From contig CAZPTF010000001.1 of the NCBI GenBank assembly GCA_964589015.1, forward strand, positions 1-61,468: a DNA stretch of 61,468 nucleotides, written 5' to 3'. Numbering within the stretch: the first letter of the stretch is position 1; the number at the start of each line of letters is the position of its first letter. Source of the stretch: an uncultured Anaerolineae bacterium. GTDB taxonomy: Bacteria; Chloroflexota; Anaerolineae; DAOTYC01. The position numbers and the translations under genes are program-made. The notes beneath the pieces were generated by a model. It was not told the origin of the DNA. It searched no databases and was given only the letters and a program-made list of their open reading frames with translations. Below are positions 9,066 through 18,208 of the stretch, piece after piece.

Positions 9066-10768
9066 AAAGCCAAATTGTTCTTCGCAAACTCCAGCAGATC
9101 CAACGGTGCTGTCACCGGCCACCAGCACATGCTTGAGCCATCACGCAGTCCCATCGACTTGCCGGCGTCAAGCTTCGCCCACGGCCCACCGTTGTCAGCA
9201 TTCCAGAGGGCGAGTTGGCCAGAGCGATCGCGCCCCCAGAAGAACCACAACGCACGTCTTGGCGACGCGCAAGGGGCAAGATCCGTTGGTATCGCCCCAC
9301 TGACAAAGAGGTAGGCAAGGTTGTGAAGGCCTGGGTCCTGACGAACCAACCAGACAGCATGGACTTCGCCCTTCTGACCGCGTAGACGCACCTGAAACCT
9401 CACGACGTTCGCGAGATGAATCTCATCTCCATCCGCCAGCACGTTTCGCTTGCCTCGTTCAAGTCGGTCTTCATTCACCCAAATCCCATTCGTGCTCTGA
9501 TCTTCAATCCATGCACGTCCATTCTCTATGCAGATCAGCCCATGACAACGAGAAATGCGACCCTCCTGGTACGGGTCGGGACTGTAGGGCCGCAAGAGCC
9601 ATCGCACCGTTGGCACGCCGCCACGCCCAAGCCCGCAAATGCGCGCGTGGGAAACCAGCGCGGTACGGGGGGATTCGTCGGGCGGGCGGAGATGCGCGAC
9701 AGCATCAAACTCGCAGACGTCCCCACACGCATCCAACGGCGCGACGGGCGGTTCAGCTTGATCGTGCGGCGCAGTCAGCTTGAGCCGCCGATTGAACGGC
9801 ACGTCCTCCTGGAGATGAACCAACTGCCATCGTTCCCCGATTTCACTTAATGATTCATCCGGCGGCAGCCCCAGTAAGCCTGGCTGGCCAGGAGCATTCC
9901 CCATGATGATGACATCACCTCCCGCTTCGATGTGACCTCGACCCCTTGCATCCTCCGGATCGTCCACACGCAAAACGCAAGATCCCTGATAGCGACCGAT
10001 CGGAACGCGTCGTCCATCCGTCAACTCAACGAGGAGCCTCAAGACATCTGCACCGGCCGTATGTGGAATAAATCTGAGCGGCTGGGTTTCGCAGACCTGA
10101 AGGGGATCGATGGAAGCGACGATATCCCGAGGTGCCTCGAAGAGACCCGCCTCCGCAGCAATGCGAACCCGGACGGGCAGCGGCAGGTGGCGGTTTGTCA
10201 GGCGAAGCCTTAGCAGGCCGTGTCGTCCCTTTTGCAGGCGAGGGCTGGGTTCACATTCGAGCAAGACGGGCGCTCCCCCTTGACCCATCTCCCCGTGCAC
10301 CCCTGGGGACGTCAACCCTTGTAGTCCGTCCACGATTGCGGCCGACGGACTTGCCAATACCGATGGCAGCGATGCCGAAACGCCCTCAAACCGCAGTCGC
10401 ATCGCATCATCCAGCTCTCCTTCGACTGCAGCCACCTTGGGTACATACTGACTCGGCTCGTCACCCATGGCGTCCAACATGCGGACCGGGTCCATTGCAC
10501 GCTCATCGCAGTGGGCAGCTTCCTGCACCGTACCGCGTTCGAGATCCCCTTGCAGGTCCTGGTCTTCGACAGCCGGCGCTGCTGCCTCGTCAATCCGCGG
10601 TGCTTCTTGAATTGCAGTCCGACAATATGGGCAGAACGCAGCCTCCTGCGGAAGGAGGCAACCACACGCCTGGTTTGTGCATGAAACTAGCGCAACGCCG
10701 CACCCAGGGCACTCAACAGCATCCCCGGGCAGAGGAACTCCACACATGAGGCACTTGCCGCGTTCCAT
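9062..10768 (-). CDS. double zinc-ribbon / FHA-domain protein
   Basis: N-terminal ribbons 'CLMCGVP..CPGCG..C..CPYC'. FHA signature 'GRISRCHGLICIENGRAWIEDQSTNGIWVNEDRL...GDEIHLANVVRFQV'. It starts 9 nt after the upstream kinase stop. Confidence 0.88.
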   Translation of the reverse strand: MERGKCLMCGVPLPGDAVECPGCGVALVSCTNQACGCLLPQEAAFCPYCRTAIQEAPRIDEAAAPAVEDQDLQGDLERGTVQEAAHCDERAMDPVRMLDAMGDEPSQYVPKVAAVEGELDDAMRLRFEGVSASLPSVLASPSAAIVDGLQGLTSPGVHGEMGQGGAPVLLECEPSPRLQKGRHGLLRLRLTNRHLPLPVRVRIAAEAGLFEAPRDIVASIDPLQVCETQPLRFIPHTAGADVLRLLVELTDGRRVPIGRYQGSCVLRVDDPEDARGRGHIEAGGDVIIMGNAPGQPGLLGLPPDESLSEIGERWQLVHLQEDVPFNRRLKLTAPHDQAEPPVAPLDACGDVCEFDAVAHLRPPDESPRTALVSHARICGLGRGGVPTVRWLLRPYSPDPYQEGRISRCHGLICIENGRAWIEDQSTNGIWVNEDRLERGKRNVLADGDEIHLANVVRFQVRLRGQKGEVHAVWLVRQDPGLHNLAYLFVSGAIPTDLAPCASPRRALWFFWGRDRSGQLALWNADNGGPWAKLDAGKSMGLRDGSSMCWWPVTAPLDLLEFAKNNLAL

Positions 10769-10777
10769 TACCCTCGT

Positions 10778-12631
10778 CTACACCTCTCTTTGCCTGCTCT
10801 CAGCTGCAAATGGACCCGCGTCAGTAGCCTGGGCAAACCTTCGAACGAGGCATTCGGCCGCAAACACCAATCTCGCTCCAACCTGATCGGACCGAAGACC
10901 GGCGAATTTCGGATACCGTCCACACACACGCAGTGCTTCTGTGGAGCGGCACGCCCAATTGCCTCCGCGAACCACCAGGCTTCCCTCAAGCGGACGTGGT
11001 GCGCTGATGTACTTCGCGTCTGAATCCAGGGGCGCAAACCGACTGGAAGTCCATTCCGCAACGTTCCCGAGAACGTCGATGAGTCCCCATGCATTTGCGC
11101 GGCACAACTCGGGCAATTGGGGCCCGCTCGAGTCAAAAACTGCGCAGTTTCCTGCGCACGCGCCGTCCTTCCACCAGTAGTTCGACCCAGTCCCCGCTCT
11201 CGCCATGTACTCCCACTCTGCCTCTGTTGGCAACCGGTAATCAACTTCCTCGCGAAGTTGCAGCCACGCGCATATCCACTCCACGTCACATGCGCTCACG
11301 TACACACACGGAGCCGTCTGTGGAGGAGGCTTGGCACGTAGCAATTGTGCAAATGAACGGTCGCGTGCAAGCGAGCGAACGGCCGCATTGGAGTCACTGG
11401 CGGCCGCCCGCAGGAACATCGACACAACATGATTCGTAATAGGGAAGGTCGCCGCGTACATGGGCTCGCTTATGGACACCAACTGCTGTGGTCGTTCATC
11501 AGTGGTTCCCGCCTCCTCTTCATTCGCAGCCCCCATCCAGAAGCGGCCGGGGGGAATGAGTGAGAACACGATGCCAAGGTGATCAGTCCACGTCAGTGGG
11601 AGTCCCAGCAATTCAGCGCATCTCGCTCTCTCCTCACAGGCAACTCTCGGAGAGTCGATCAGTTTCGTCTCGACTCGTGCAGCCTCAGAACTCGATTTGC
11701 CAAACCCATCCAGTCCATGCTGACGCTTCTGACCATCCAAGGCAGACACGTCGCCGCCCATCGCACGCACCTGCAGCAACACTGTCTCGATTAGCGGTAG
11801 CAGGTCGTCCGTGCTCTGCGCCCTTTGGCTGAGGGAGGCCGTGGCACGTGTATAGACCTCGTCACATGACGCCGCCAGCCCGATTTGAACAGTAGATGGC
11901 AGTTCATCGCGCCCGGCGGGCAACCTGCCCGTAAGTAGCTGAAACCATATCACTCCAAACGAGTAAATGTCGCATCGATGGTCACCGCCTTCGCCTTGCA
12001 GCAACTCGGGCGGCATGTACGCAAGCGTCCCGCGGAGCGAAGAAGAGTCCGATCTGTTCAGTGAAATCGACTGAAGAACAGACTGCTGTGCGGCATGCGT
12101 GCATTTCCCAAGACCGAAGTCAGCAAGCTTGACTCGACCTTCTTCGTCAAGCAGAACATTCTGTGGCTTGACGTCGTAGTGTATCACTCCATGTTCGTGC
12201 GCATATCCAAGAGCGCTCAGGAGTTGTTTGGCAATACGGGCCGAAGTCTCGACGGGAAGGCCAGCCTGGGGAATGAAGTCCGAAAGCGTTGTTCCTTGTA
12301 TGAACTCCATTGCCAGGTATGGGGGATCGGAGAAGGGATCGGCGTCAAAGAGTGCGACGATGTTAGGGTGGCTCAGCAATTCTACAGCGAGTGCTTCGCT
12401 CTGCAGCAACCGAATGAAGACTGACTCGGTGGGAATTTTGACCGCAGCGAGGCGATGGTCAAACAGGTGGTGGTTTGCGCGCCAGACTTCCCCGAAGGTG
12501 CCTCGCCCGACGCGGTGCTGCAACACCCACGAGCCAAGTCTTGTTCCGCGGCCCCACAGAGCATTTACTGTTCCGTCTGCCGACATCTGTCTCGTCTTAC
12601 CGACACCGCCACGTGCGGCGATCGTATTCAA
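10778..12631 (-). CDS. Ser/Thr protein kinase fused to a formylglycine-generating-enzyme (FGE-sulfatase/SUMF1-like) domain
   Basis: Kinase motifs are 'GRGTFGEVWRA', 'HYDVKPQNVLL' and 'DFGLGK'. FGE-type motifs are 'LPTEAEWEYMARAG', 'NAWGLIDVLGNVAEW' and 'RGGNW'. The ORF start is TTG at 12631; an alternative ATG lies at 12586. Confidence 0.9.
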   Translation of the reverse strand: MNTIAARGGVGKTRQMSADGTVNALWGRGTRLGSWVLQHRVGRGTFGEVWRANHHLFDHRLAAVKIPTESVFIRLLQSEALAVELLSHPNIVALFDADPFSDPPYLAMEFIQGTTLSDFIPQAGLPVETSARIAKQLLSALGYAHEHGVIHYDVKPQNVLLDEEGRVKLADFGLGKCTHAAQQSVLQSISLNRSDSSSLRGTLAYMPPELLQGEGGDHRCDIYSFGVIWFQLLTGRLPAGRDELPSTVQIGLAASCDEVYTRATASLSQRAQSTDDLLPLIETVLLQVRAMGGDVSALDGQKRQHGLDGFGKSSSEAARVETKLIDSPRVACEERARCAELLGLPLTWTDHLGIVFSLIPPGRFWMGAANEEEAGTTDERPQQLVSISEPMYAATFPITNHVVSMFLRAAASDSNAAVRSLARDRSFAQLLRAKPPPQTAPCVYVSACDVEWICAWLQLREEVDYRLPTEAEWEYMARAGTGSNYWWKDGACAGNCAVFDSSGPQLPELCRANAWGLIDVLGNVAEWTSSRFAPLDSDAKYISAPRPLEGSLVVRGGNWACRSTEALRVCGRYPKFAGLRSDQVGARLVFAAECLVRRFAQATDAGPFAAESRQREV

Positions 12632-13914
12632 CGTAAGCCGTGTTCGGGCTCCCGAACCCTAGAAAACGCTTCCACTCTACCAACAATGCCGAAGCCGGAC
12701 AAAAAGAACCTGTACGGCCCTTCCCATACCGGCAAGTGCTGCGCAAGTACTGCGTTATCAGTACGTTGAACGGGCAGTCGTCTTCTCCCAGTAGCTCTTA
12801 TCCTCCAAGCCCGCGTGCTCTCCTTGCCGGTCGTCCACGGGAGACCGGACCGTCGTCCTCAGGGGGCTGACCTTCATGCAAGGCGTTCAGCTGAACACGG
12901 AAACCTCCGGTAGTCGTGCCTCGCGATCGCTGTGGCGGCAGACCCTCACGTGCAAGGTGCCCGATACGCAGCTGCCCTCGTCGTCGGCGGTGTCCCGATG
13001 GCTGCGGGATGGACGTGATTGCTTTTCCTCTTCCGCCTCCCGGCGACACCGCCACCTCAAATCTACCCGAAATACCCCTCAGCACCCAAGTTCGATTGCC
13101 GCCGGTTTGCAGATCGTGAAGCGGCATCCGTAGAAATACGTACTCGCCGTCTCGTGGGCGCTGCCCAGGACTGCGCCCAGGAGTGATGACGCGAAGCGTC
13201 TCCGGGTCTGTTTGGGAAAGACGCAAATTCGCAGAGTGACCGTGGGGACCGGATGGTACGTGGAAGCGTGCCAACAAGTCCGATAACAGGTGGCGCGATC
13301 CGCGCCCCGGCGCACGCGAGCGGCGGCATGCAGCAGGCCGGAGCCGATGGGGCGGAGTCATACGTCATAATCTCTTGCGGGCGGGCTAGTTAAGACCCGG
13401 CCCTCGGTACTCCTGATCAGCATGGCGGCATTCGAGTTGACGTTGAGTCTCGATGGCGCGGAATTTGACGTGGCGGATGAGCTGGTCAGTGGTGGACCGG
13501 CTCTGGGGAGCCCCGACGCACCGTAACCCTTATAAACCCCGGCGCATTCACCACTGTTCAATCCTCACACGAGCGCACGCAATGTGCCCACGGCGATGCG
13601 TCCTTCGGGACCTCGCCTGAGGATCTTTCACGTGACAGCGCTCCGGCCCCGGCCGATGGCCATCATGAAGCGGATCCTCGACGAGAATTCGGGATTGGCA
13701 ACACGCCAGCCCATGATTTCAGTAGATCGTTCTCTGTTCATACATCAAGTACCACTTCTCGACGAGCAAGCTCACCAAGCCTCGCGGGGCGTTCTCACAA
13801 GTAAGTCCTGCCAATCGCAACGTCATCGCGGCGTCACCAGTGTCTATCAGGCGTCGGGTACGCTGCAGTTGCTGGCCGTGGCTTTCCTGGGTCTCTTGAA
13901 GCAGGAGCAACACC

Positions 13915-14595
13915 ATGGGTCCTTACGATCCGCTGCAGGCCTCGATGGCTCGCTACCGCAAACGCAAGGTGCTCTCGCTGTACGGCGTCACCCCGGGGCT
14001 GGAGTACAACCGCGCACACGGAGGCTATCGATCGCCGGGCGAGGAGTGCTTCTTGGGATCGCCGGCGCCTCCCGGGTCAACCGAATACGACCCACATCCA
14101 GGCTTCTTCGATCCACCGCGGCCGGAATACGATCCGCCGCAGTACGCCGCCGAGCAAGGCGGCCACTTCTGGACACCTCAACCCCGACGGTTCCGCCCGC
14201 AGCAGGGACCCCTCATCGAGGAAGAGCCTCAGCCCACGTACGACGACATGCTGCGGGTTCAGGCGATGATGGATGCCATCCAGGCCGAGCGGGAGCTGGA
14301 GGCAGCCGCAGACGCAAGCCCGAATCCCTCACCCGACACGGAACTCACCGACAGAATGGCAGACTTCAACGAAGCAACTCCCCACGGCGACGTTTTCAGC
14401 GTCGCTGATGATCGGGAAGCTGCCCTCCTGGCCGAGGAGCCTCTCAACGAGTCCGCATCTCCGATGGACCTGGAACAGCTTGTCGCCAGCGCAGAAATGC
14501 CTGAACCGCCGCTGCCGCCGCCGGCCGAGGAAGATCCGTTCGAAGATCCCCTGTTTCGGCAGATGATGGATCCGTTCGGCCCGATGCCCATGTAG
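13915..14595 (+). CDS. Pro/Asp/Glu-rich low-complexity protein (hypothetical)
   Basis: An AGGAG sits ~9 nt upstream of the ATG. The composition is acidic and Pro-rich, unlike the Arg-rich shadow frames around it. No recognisable domain. Confidence 0.5.
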   Translation: MGPYDPLQASMARYRKRKVLSLYGVTPGLEYNRAHGGYRSPGEECFLGSPAPPGSTEYDPHPGFFDPPRPEYDPPQYAAEQGGHFWTPQPRRFRPQQGPLIEEEPQPTYDDMLRVQAMMDAIQAERELEAAADASPNPSPDTELTDRMADFNEATPHGDVFSVADDREAALLAEEPLNESASPMDLEQLVASAEMPEPPLPPPAEEDPFEDPLFRQMMDPFGPMPM

Positions 14596-14817
14596 ATGCC
14601 TGGAATGCGTGCGCGGCTGGCTGGGCTCCACGGCCAATACGCCACCTGGCTCCCTCAACCATCAGGCAGCCGGGCGCACTGCGTCCGGCCATTCCACTCA
14701 CGTACCACTGACATCTAATGAAAAACGACCCGATGCGCGTGCATCGGGCAAATAGTGTGACGACACCATGCATGCTGTGACATGGTGTCGTCTGAACCCC
14801 ATGAGGAGGATGTGAAC

Positions 14818-16452
14818 ATGGAGACAATTCGAGCAAGCGTGAATTCGAGGCTGCTGACCAAGGCGAGCCGACTGTTCACTGGCACGCTGGCCGGCAGGAT
14901 CATCGAGATCCTGCAGAACGCCCGGCGGGCGGGGGCGAGCATGGTGGAGATCACCAACAAAAACGGAGAAGTCACGGTCCAGGACAACGGCCAGGGCATA
15001 GCGGACTTCCGCAAACTCCTCGACCTGGGCGGCTCCGGCTGGGAGGAATCCTTCGAGCAGAGCGAAGACCCGGCGGGCGTCGGGCTGTTCTGCCTGGCGC
15101 CCCGGGCGGTGTGCATCCGGTCGCTGGGCGGTGTCGCCTGTATCGCGGGCGACGGCTGGACCGGCGCACCCGTGACCGTTCGGCCGGCCCCGGAGCCGAT
15201 CCACGGCACGCGACTGCAATTTCAGGACGAGCCGTGGGACGACGCCACGGTGGAGCCGCTCGCGGTCTTTACGGGGATGGACGTCACGGTTGACGGCCAG
15301 GCGTGTGCCAAGAAGCCGTTCGTTTCGGAACAGGCGGCGCACTATCCCGAACTGGGCTGTCGGATTGAGGTTCGCGAAGTACACGCCCTTGAGCCCTGGC
15401 AGGAGCGGGTCCTATCCCCCCTCAGCTACGGCGACTGCGTGCTGGTCAACTTCCACGGCCAGACGCTGAGCCTGAACTATCGCCCTGTGGCCGAGCGCGG
15501 CCTGCGGTACCTGGTCGACCTGGACGGGCAGCCCACGGGCATCCGGCTCATGCTGCCCGCGCGCACGCGCATCGTGGAGAACCAGGCGTTCGACCAGCTC
15601 AAGGCGGCACTGGAGCGAGAGGCCTACCGCTACCTCCAGAAGCGCGGTCACCATCGGCTGCCCTACAAGCAGTATCTGCGGGCCCGTGAGCTCGGCATCG
15701 AGATACCGGAAGCCACGCCGACGTTTCAGGTGGGGCTGCTTGGATGCTGTGATCCGCCGGAACCGATCGAAGTGAAGATGCCCGATGGGTTCCCGCTGGC
15801 GCGGTGCTACCGGTTCGATCCAAACTTCCCCGGTGGAGCCGAGGCAGACGAGGCCAATGCCCATCTCCTGGCCGCACTGGGACGCTTTGAGGAGCCGTTT
15901 GTTCCGGTGAGCATCCACAAGGACTACGACGGCTATTCCTGGTCGCAGCTGCCGACGATTGAGAGGGTTGAGGTGCACGCCGGCAAGGGCCTGCACGATT
16001 CGTGGATCTGGTCCGGGACGATCGATTGCGTGAAGTCCCTCAGAATCACGGCTCACACGAGTGACGGGAAGGCGTTCTCGTCTGCGGTCTGCATGGCCAA
16101 GGAATCGCCCACAAAGGCCGAGGTGACCTCGGCAGAGGATCACGTGCTGGTGACGCCGGAAGCGGAGCATCGGGTTGACACAGAGCAGATCTGGTATCAC
16201 CTCGGCGGCTGGTGGAACGAGGGCGACACTTACGATACGCAGTTGTCGCAGTTCAGCGAAGAGCTGGACCGCTTCTGGCTGAACCTGAGAGGCCCGGACG
16301 AGCAGCTCCGGCTGAGCATCCTCGCGGCGCTGGACTCTATTGAGTCCGAGTGGGCGGCCGTCCTCGTCACTCGAGACGGCTGCGTAGAAATCGAGTACGC
16401 GGACCGTTCCACGAAGACCATTCAACCCCCCACCGCAATCTCCACGGAGTAG
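14818..16452 (+). CDS. GHKL-superfamily (HATPase_c-like) ATPase, function unknown
   Basis: N-box 'IIEILQNARRAGAS' and G1 box 'VQDNGQGI', then 'GGSGW...DPAGVGLF'. The start is placed at the ATG preceded by 'GAGGAGGA' (the ORF opens at 14782). Confidence 0.8.
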   Translation: METIRASVNSRLLTKASRLFTGTLAGRIIEILQNARRAGASMVEITNKNGEVTVQDNGQGIADFRKLLDLGGSGWEESFEQSEDPAGVGLFCLAPRAVCIRSLGGVACIAGDGWTGAPVTVRPAPEPIHGTRLQFQDEPWDDATVEPLAVFTGMDVTVDGQACAKKPFVSEQAAHYPELGCRIEVREVHALEPWQERVLSPLSYGDCVLVNFHGQTLSLNYRPVAERGLRYLVDLDGQPTGIRLMLPARTRIVENQAFDQLKAALEREAYRYLQKRGHHRLPYKQYLRARELGIEIPEATPTFQVGLLGCCDPPEPIEVKMPDGFPLARCYRFDPNFPGGAEADEANAHLLAALGRFEEPFVPVSIHKDYDGYSWSQLPTIERVEVHAGKGLHDSWIWSGTIDCVKSLRITAHTSDGKAFSSAVCMAKESPTKAEVTSAEDHVLVTPEAEHRVDTEQIWYHLGGWWNEGDTYDTQLSQFSEELDRFWLNLRGPDEQLRLSILAALDSIESEWAAVLVTRDGCVEIEYADRSTKTIQPPTAISTE

Positions 16453-16561
16453 TGAATCCAGGATCACGTGTTTCAGGTGGGTTGCCTTCCTGTGCCGGGA
16501 CCCCGCGCGCGTCCCGAGCCGGAACCGGGCATCCGCCAAGAGAAGAACGGAGGTGATATGC

Positions 16562-16783
16562 ATGTCTGAAGCACTGAAGAAGGTTGATTGGGACCTGCTG
16601 CACCAGCAGAAGCTCGCCTTGTTGAAGATGCTGGAGCGGCAGCGAAAGGGCTCGCCGGAAGCGGAGGCGATATCCGGGATCATCCATCTACTGGACGCGA
16701 TCCAGGACGAGGCGGCTGATGCCGGGACGTGGTCATTCCCCGGGGAAAACGAGACGAAGGAGGTGCCGCATGGTCAGGAATGA
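16562..16783 (+). CDS. small hypothetical protein (73 aa)
   Basis: 'GGAGGTGA' lies 8 nt upstream of the ATG at 16562. The composition is helical and acidic. It overlaps the next gene by 14 nt. Confidence 0.55.
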   Translation: MSEALKKVDWDLLHQQKLALLKMLERQRKGSPEAEAISGIIHLLDAIQDEAADAGTWSFPGENETKEVPHGQE

Positions 16784-17060
16784 AATCTGGGCTGGCGTCG
16801 TTCCTAGCATCCTCTACGAGGCCTACCCGGACCAGGACCTGCTGCCGATCGAGCCGCCCCGCCCTGGCGAGACCATCGGTGAGTTCAAGCTGCGCGCCGA
16901 GGACGCCGGCGACACTCTCTTCCTCTTCCTCTGCCGCGAGGCGGACGACGAGATCGATGTCGAGGAGTACCTCGCGCGGCTGGATCGCGCCATTCGGGAC
17001 ATCGAATGCGTGCGAGCTGCATTCCGGGCCCGATGCGTCACACCGATTCCCAGGACTTGA
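16770..17060 (+). CDS. small acidic hypothetical protein (96 aa)
   Basis: The ATG at 16770 is preceded by 'GAAGGAGG'. The ORF opens at 16719 with an Arg-rich, non-credible extension. Confidence 0.6.
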   Translation: MVRNEIWAGVVPSILYEAYPDQDLLPIEPPRPGETIGEFKLRAEDAGDTLFLFLCREADDEIDVEEYLARLDRAIRDIECVRAAFRARCVTPIPRT

Positions 17061-17138
17061 AGTCCAGACGTTACCTACTGTGATGGCACGCCCAGCGTAT
17101 GAGGCGTGCCATCTCAGGCACGAATTGGAGGTGTAATC

Positions 17139-17861
17139 ATGGCATGGAGACCGAGTGAGTATCTGTTGGAAGGTGAGCTGGACAACACCACGCCCGGCAA
17201 GGTCACGGGCTGGATGCGGTTCGCCGGTCTGAACAACAAGGTGACCTTTGATCTGAAGGGTAACTTCCACCGTGACATCCGCGGCGCGAAGATCCGGCTG
17301 ACCGGCCCTGGATCGCAGAACGACGTAGAAGCCGAGGGCTACATGGCGGGCTTCTGCTGTCAGCAGGTTGGGAACGTCGGCGACATCACCGCCGGCCGGG
17401 AGCCGCGCGACTACTTGGCCTACCCGTACATCGAGTGGTACTCCAAGGAGAATGGCCGGGTGGTCGTTGAGCTGGACCCGGAGCAGGTCGAGGTCATCGG
17501 CCGGCCGATTCCGGCCCTTGAAAGCGACCCGATCTCGCGCGAGCAGCAGGCGCAGAACATGGCCAACTTCCTCGCGGAGTTGAGCCGGAAAGCGGGCGTT
17601 CCCGCCATCGCGCCCGGCCAGCGGCTCGTGTCGGATCCAGCCTTCACGCATTGGGTGGTGGCCGAGGGGCATGTGGTTGGTGAGGCCCGCGAGGTCCAGG
17701 CGGAGAAGAACGGCACGTGCTTCGCGTACGTCCGGCTCTTCAACATGCCCGAGATGGCCGAGTACGGCACCGTCGAGGGTAAGCATCTTCGCGAGAAGAC
17801 AAAGGTCTTGGTAGCTGGCCACACGAATGCCGATGGTTTCGCGGAGGGGGTGCAGCCATGA
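17139..17861 (+). CDS. hypothetical protein (240 aa)
   Basis: The ATG at 17139 is preceded by 'TTGGAGGTG'. The composition looks protein-like. No recognised motif. Confidence 0.7.
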   Translation: MAWRPSEYLLEGELDNTTPGKVTGWMRFAGLNNKVTFDLKGNFHRDIRGAKIRLTGPGSQNDVEAEGYMAGFCCQQVGNVGDITAGREPRDYLAYPYIEWYSKENGRVVVELDPEQVEVIGRPIPALESDPISREQQAQNMANFLAELSRKAGVPAIAPGQRLVSDPAFTHWVVAEGHVVGEAREVQAEKNGTCFAYVRLFNMPEMAEYGTVEGKHLREKTKVLVAGHTNADGFAEGVQP

Positions 17862-18097
17862 ACCAGGCCGACGCGCTTGTCATGGTAATCGGCGGGGTGG
17901 CCCATGTTCTTGTCCGAACGCCGCGTATCACCGTTGAGGTCCGCGACTACGACGTGGACGGCTGCGACGATAACAAACTTTGGACGGACGAGAACGGCGA
18001 CCGCTGCGTGCGGTACTTCGTCACACACGACATCAACCCGCCTGCCAATCCGAATGGGTCTGCCGACACAGTGAACACACCAATGGTCGGCGACTGA
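17858..18097 (+). CDS. small hypothetical protein, paralog of 22913..23119
   Basis: ATGA overlap with the upstream gene. It shares 'MNQ...V.V.DYDV(D/E)GCD.....D..G......THD' with the 22913 gene. Confidence 0.65.
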   Translation: MNQADALVMVIGGVAHVLVRTPRITVEVRDYDVDGCDDNKLWTDENGDRCVRYFVTHDINPPANPNGSADTVNTPMVGD

Positions 18098-18208
18098 TTC
18101 CCGCAACTGAGCAGTAGCTTGTTTTTGTGAGCCGGTGCGTTGCCGGGGTGGTCCCGCTGCGCGCCGGCTCAGTGTTTTTCGGCTCAATTGAGCCAAGGAG
18201 GTATTCCG

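Noticed and set aside
12798-13361. A 187-aa minus-strand ORF containing 'RRGQLR' (an RRxxxR-like PilZ motif) followed by 'TTTGGFRVQL'.
   Set aside because: The second PilZ motif (D/NxSxxG) is not matched. Too few residues follow it for a full PilZ barrel. The rest is Arg/Gly/Pro-rich and there is no SD, so it is likely non-coding.
13584-14408. A 274-aa plus-strand ORF overlapping the 13915-14595 gene in another frame.
   Set aside because: The translation is Arg-rich ('RRRARRPLLDTSTPTVPPAAGTPHRGRASAHVRRH'). The overlapping frame has an SD site and a more credible composition.
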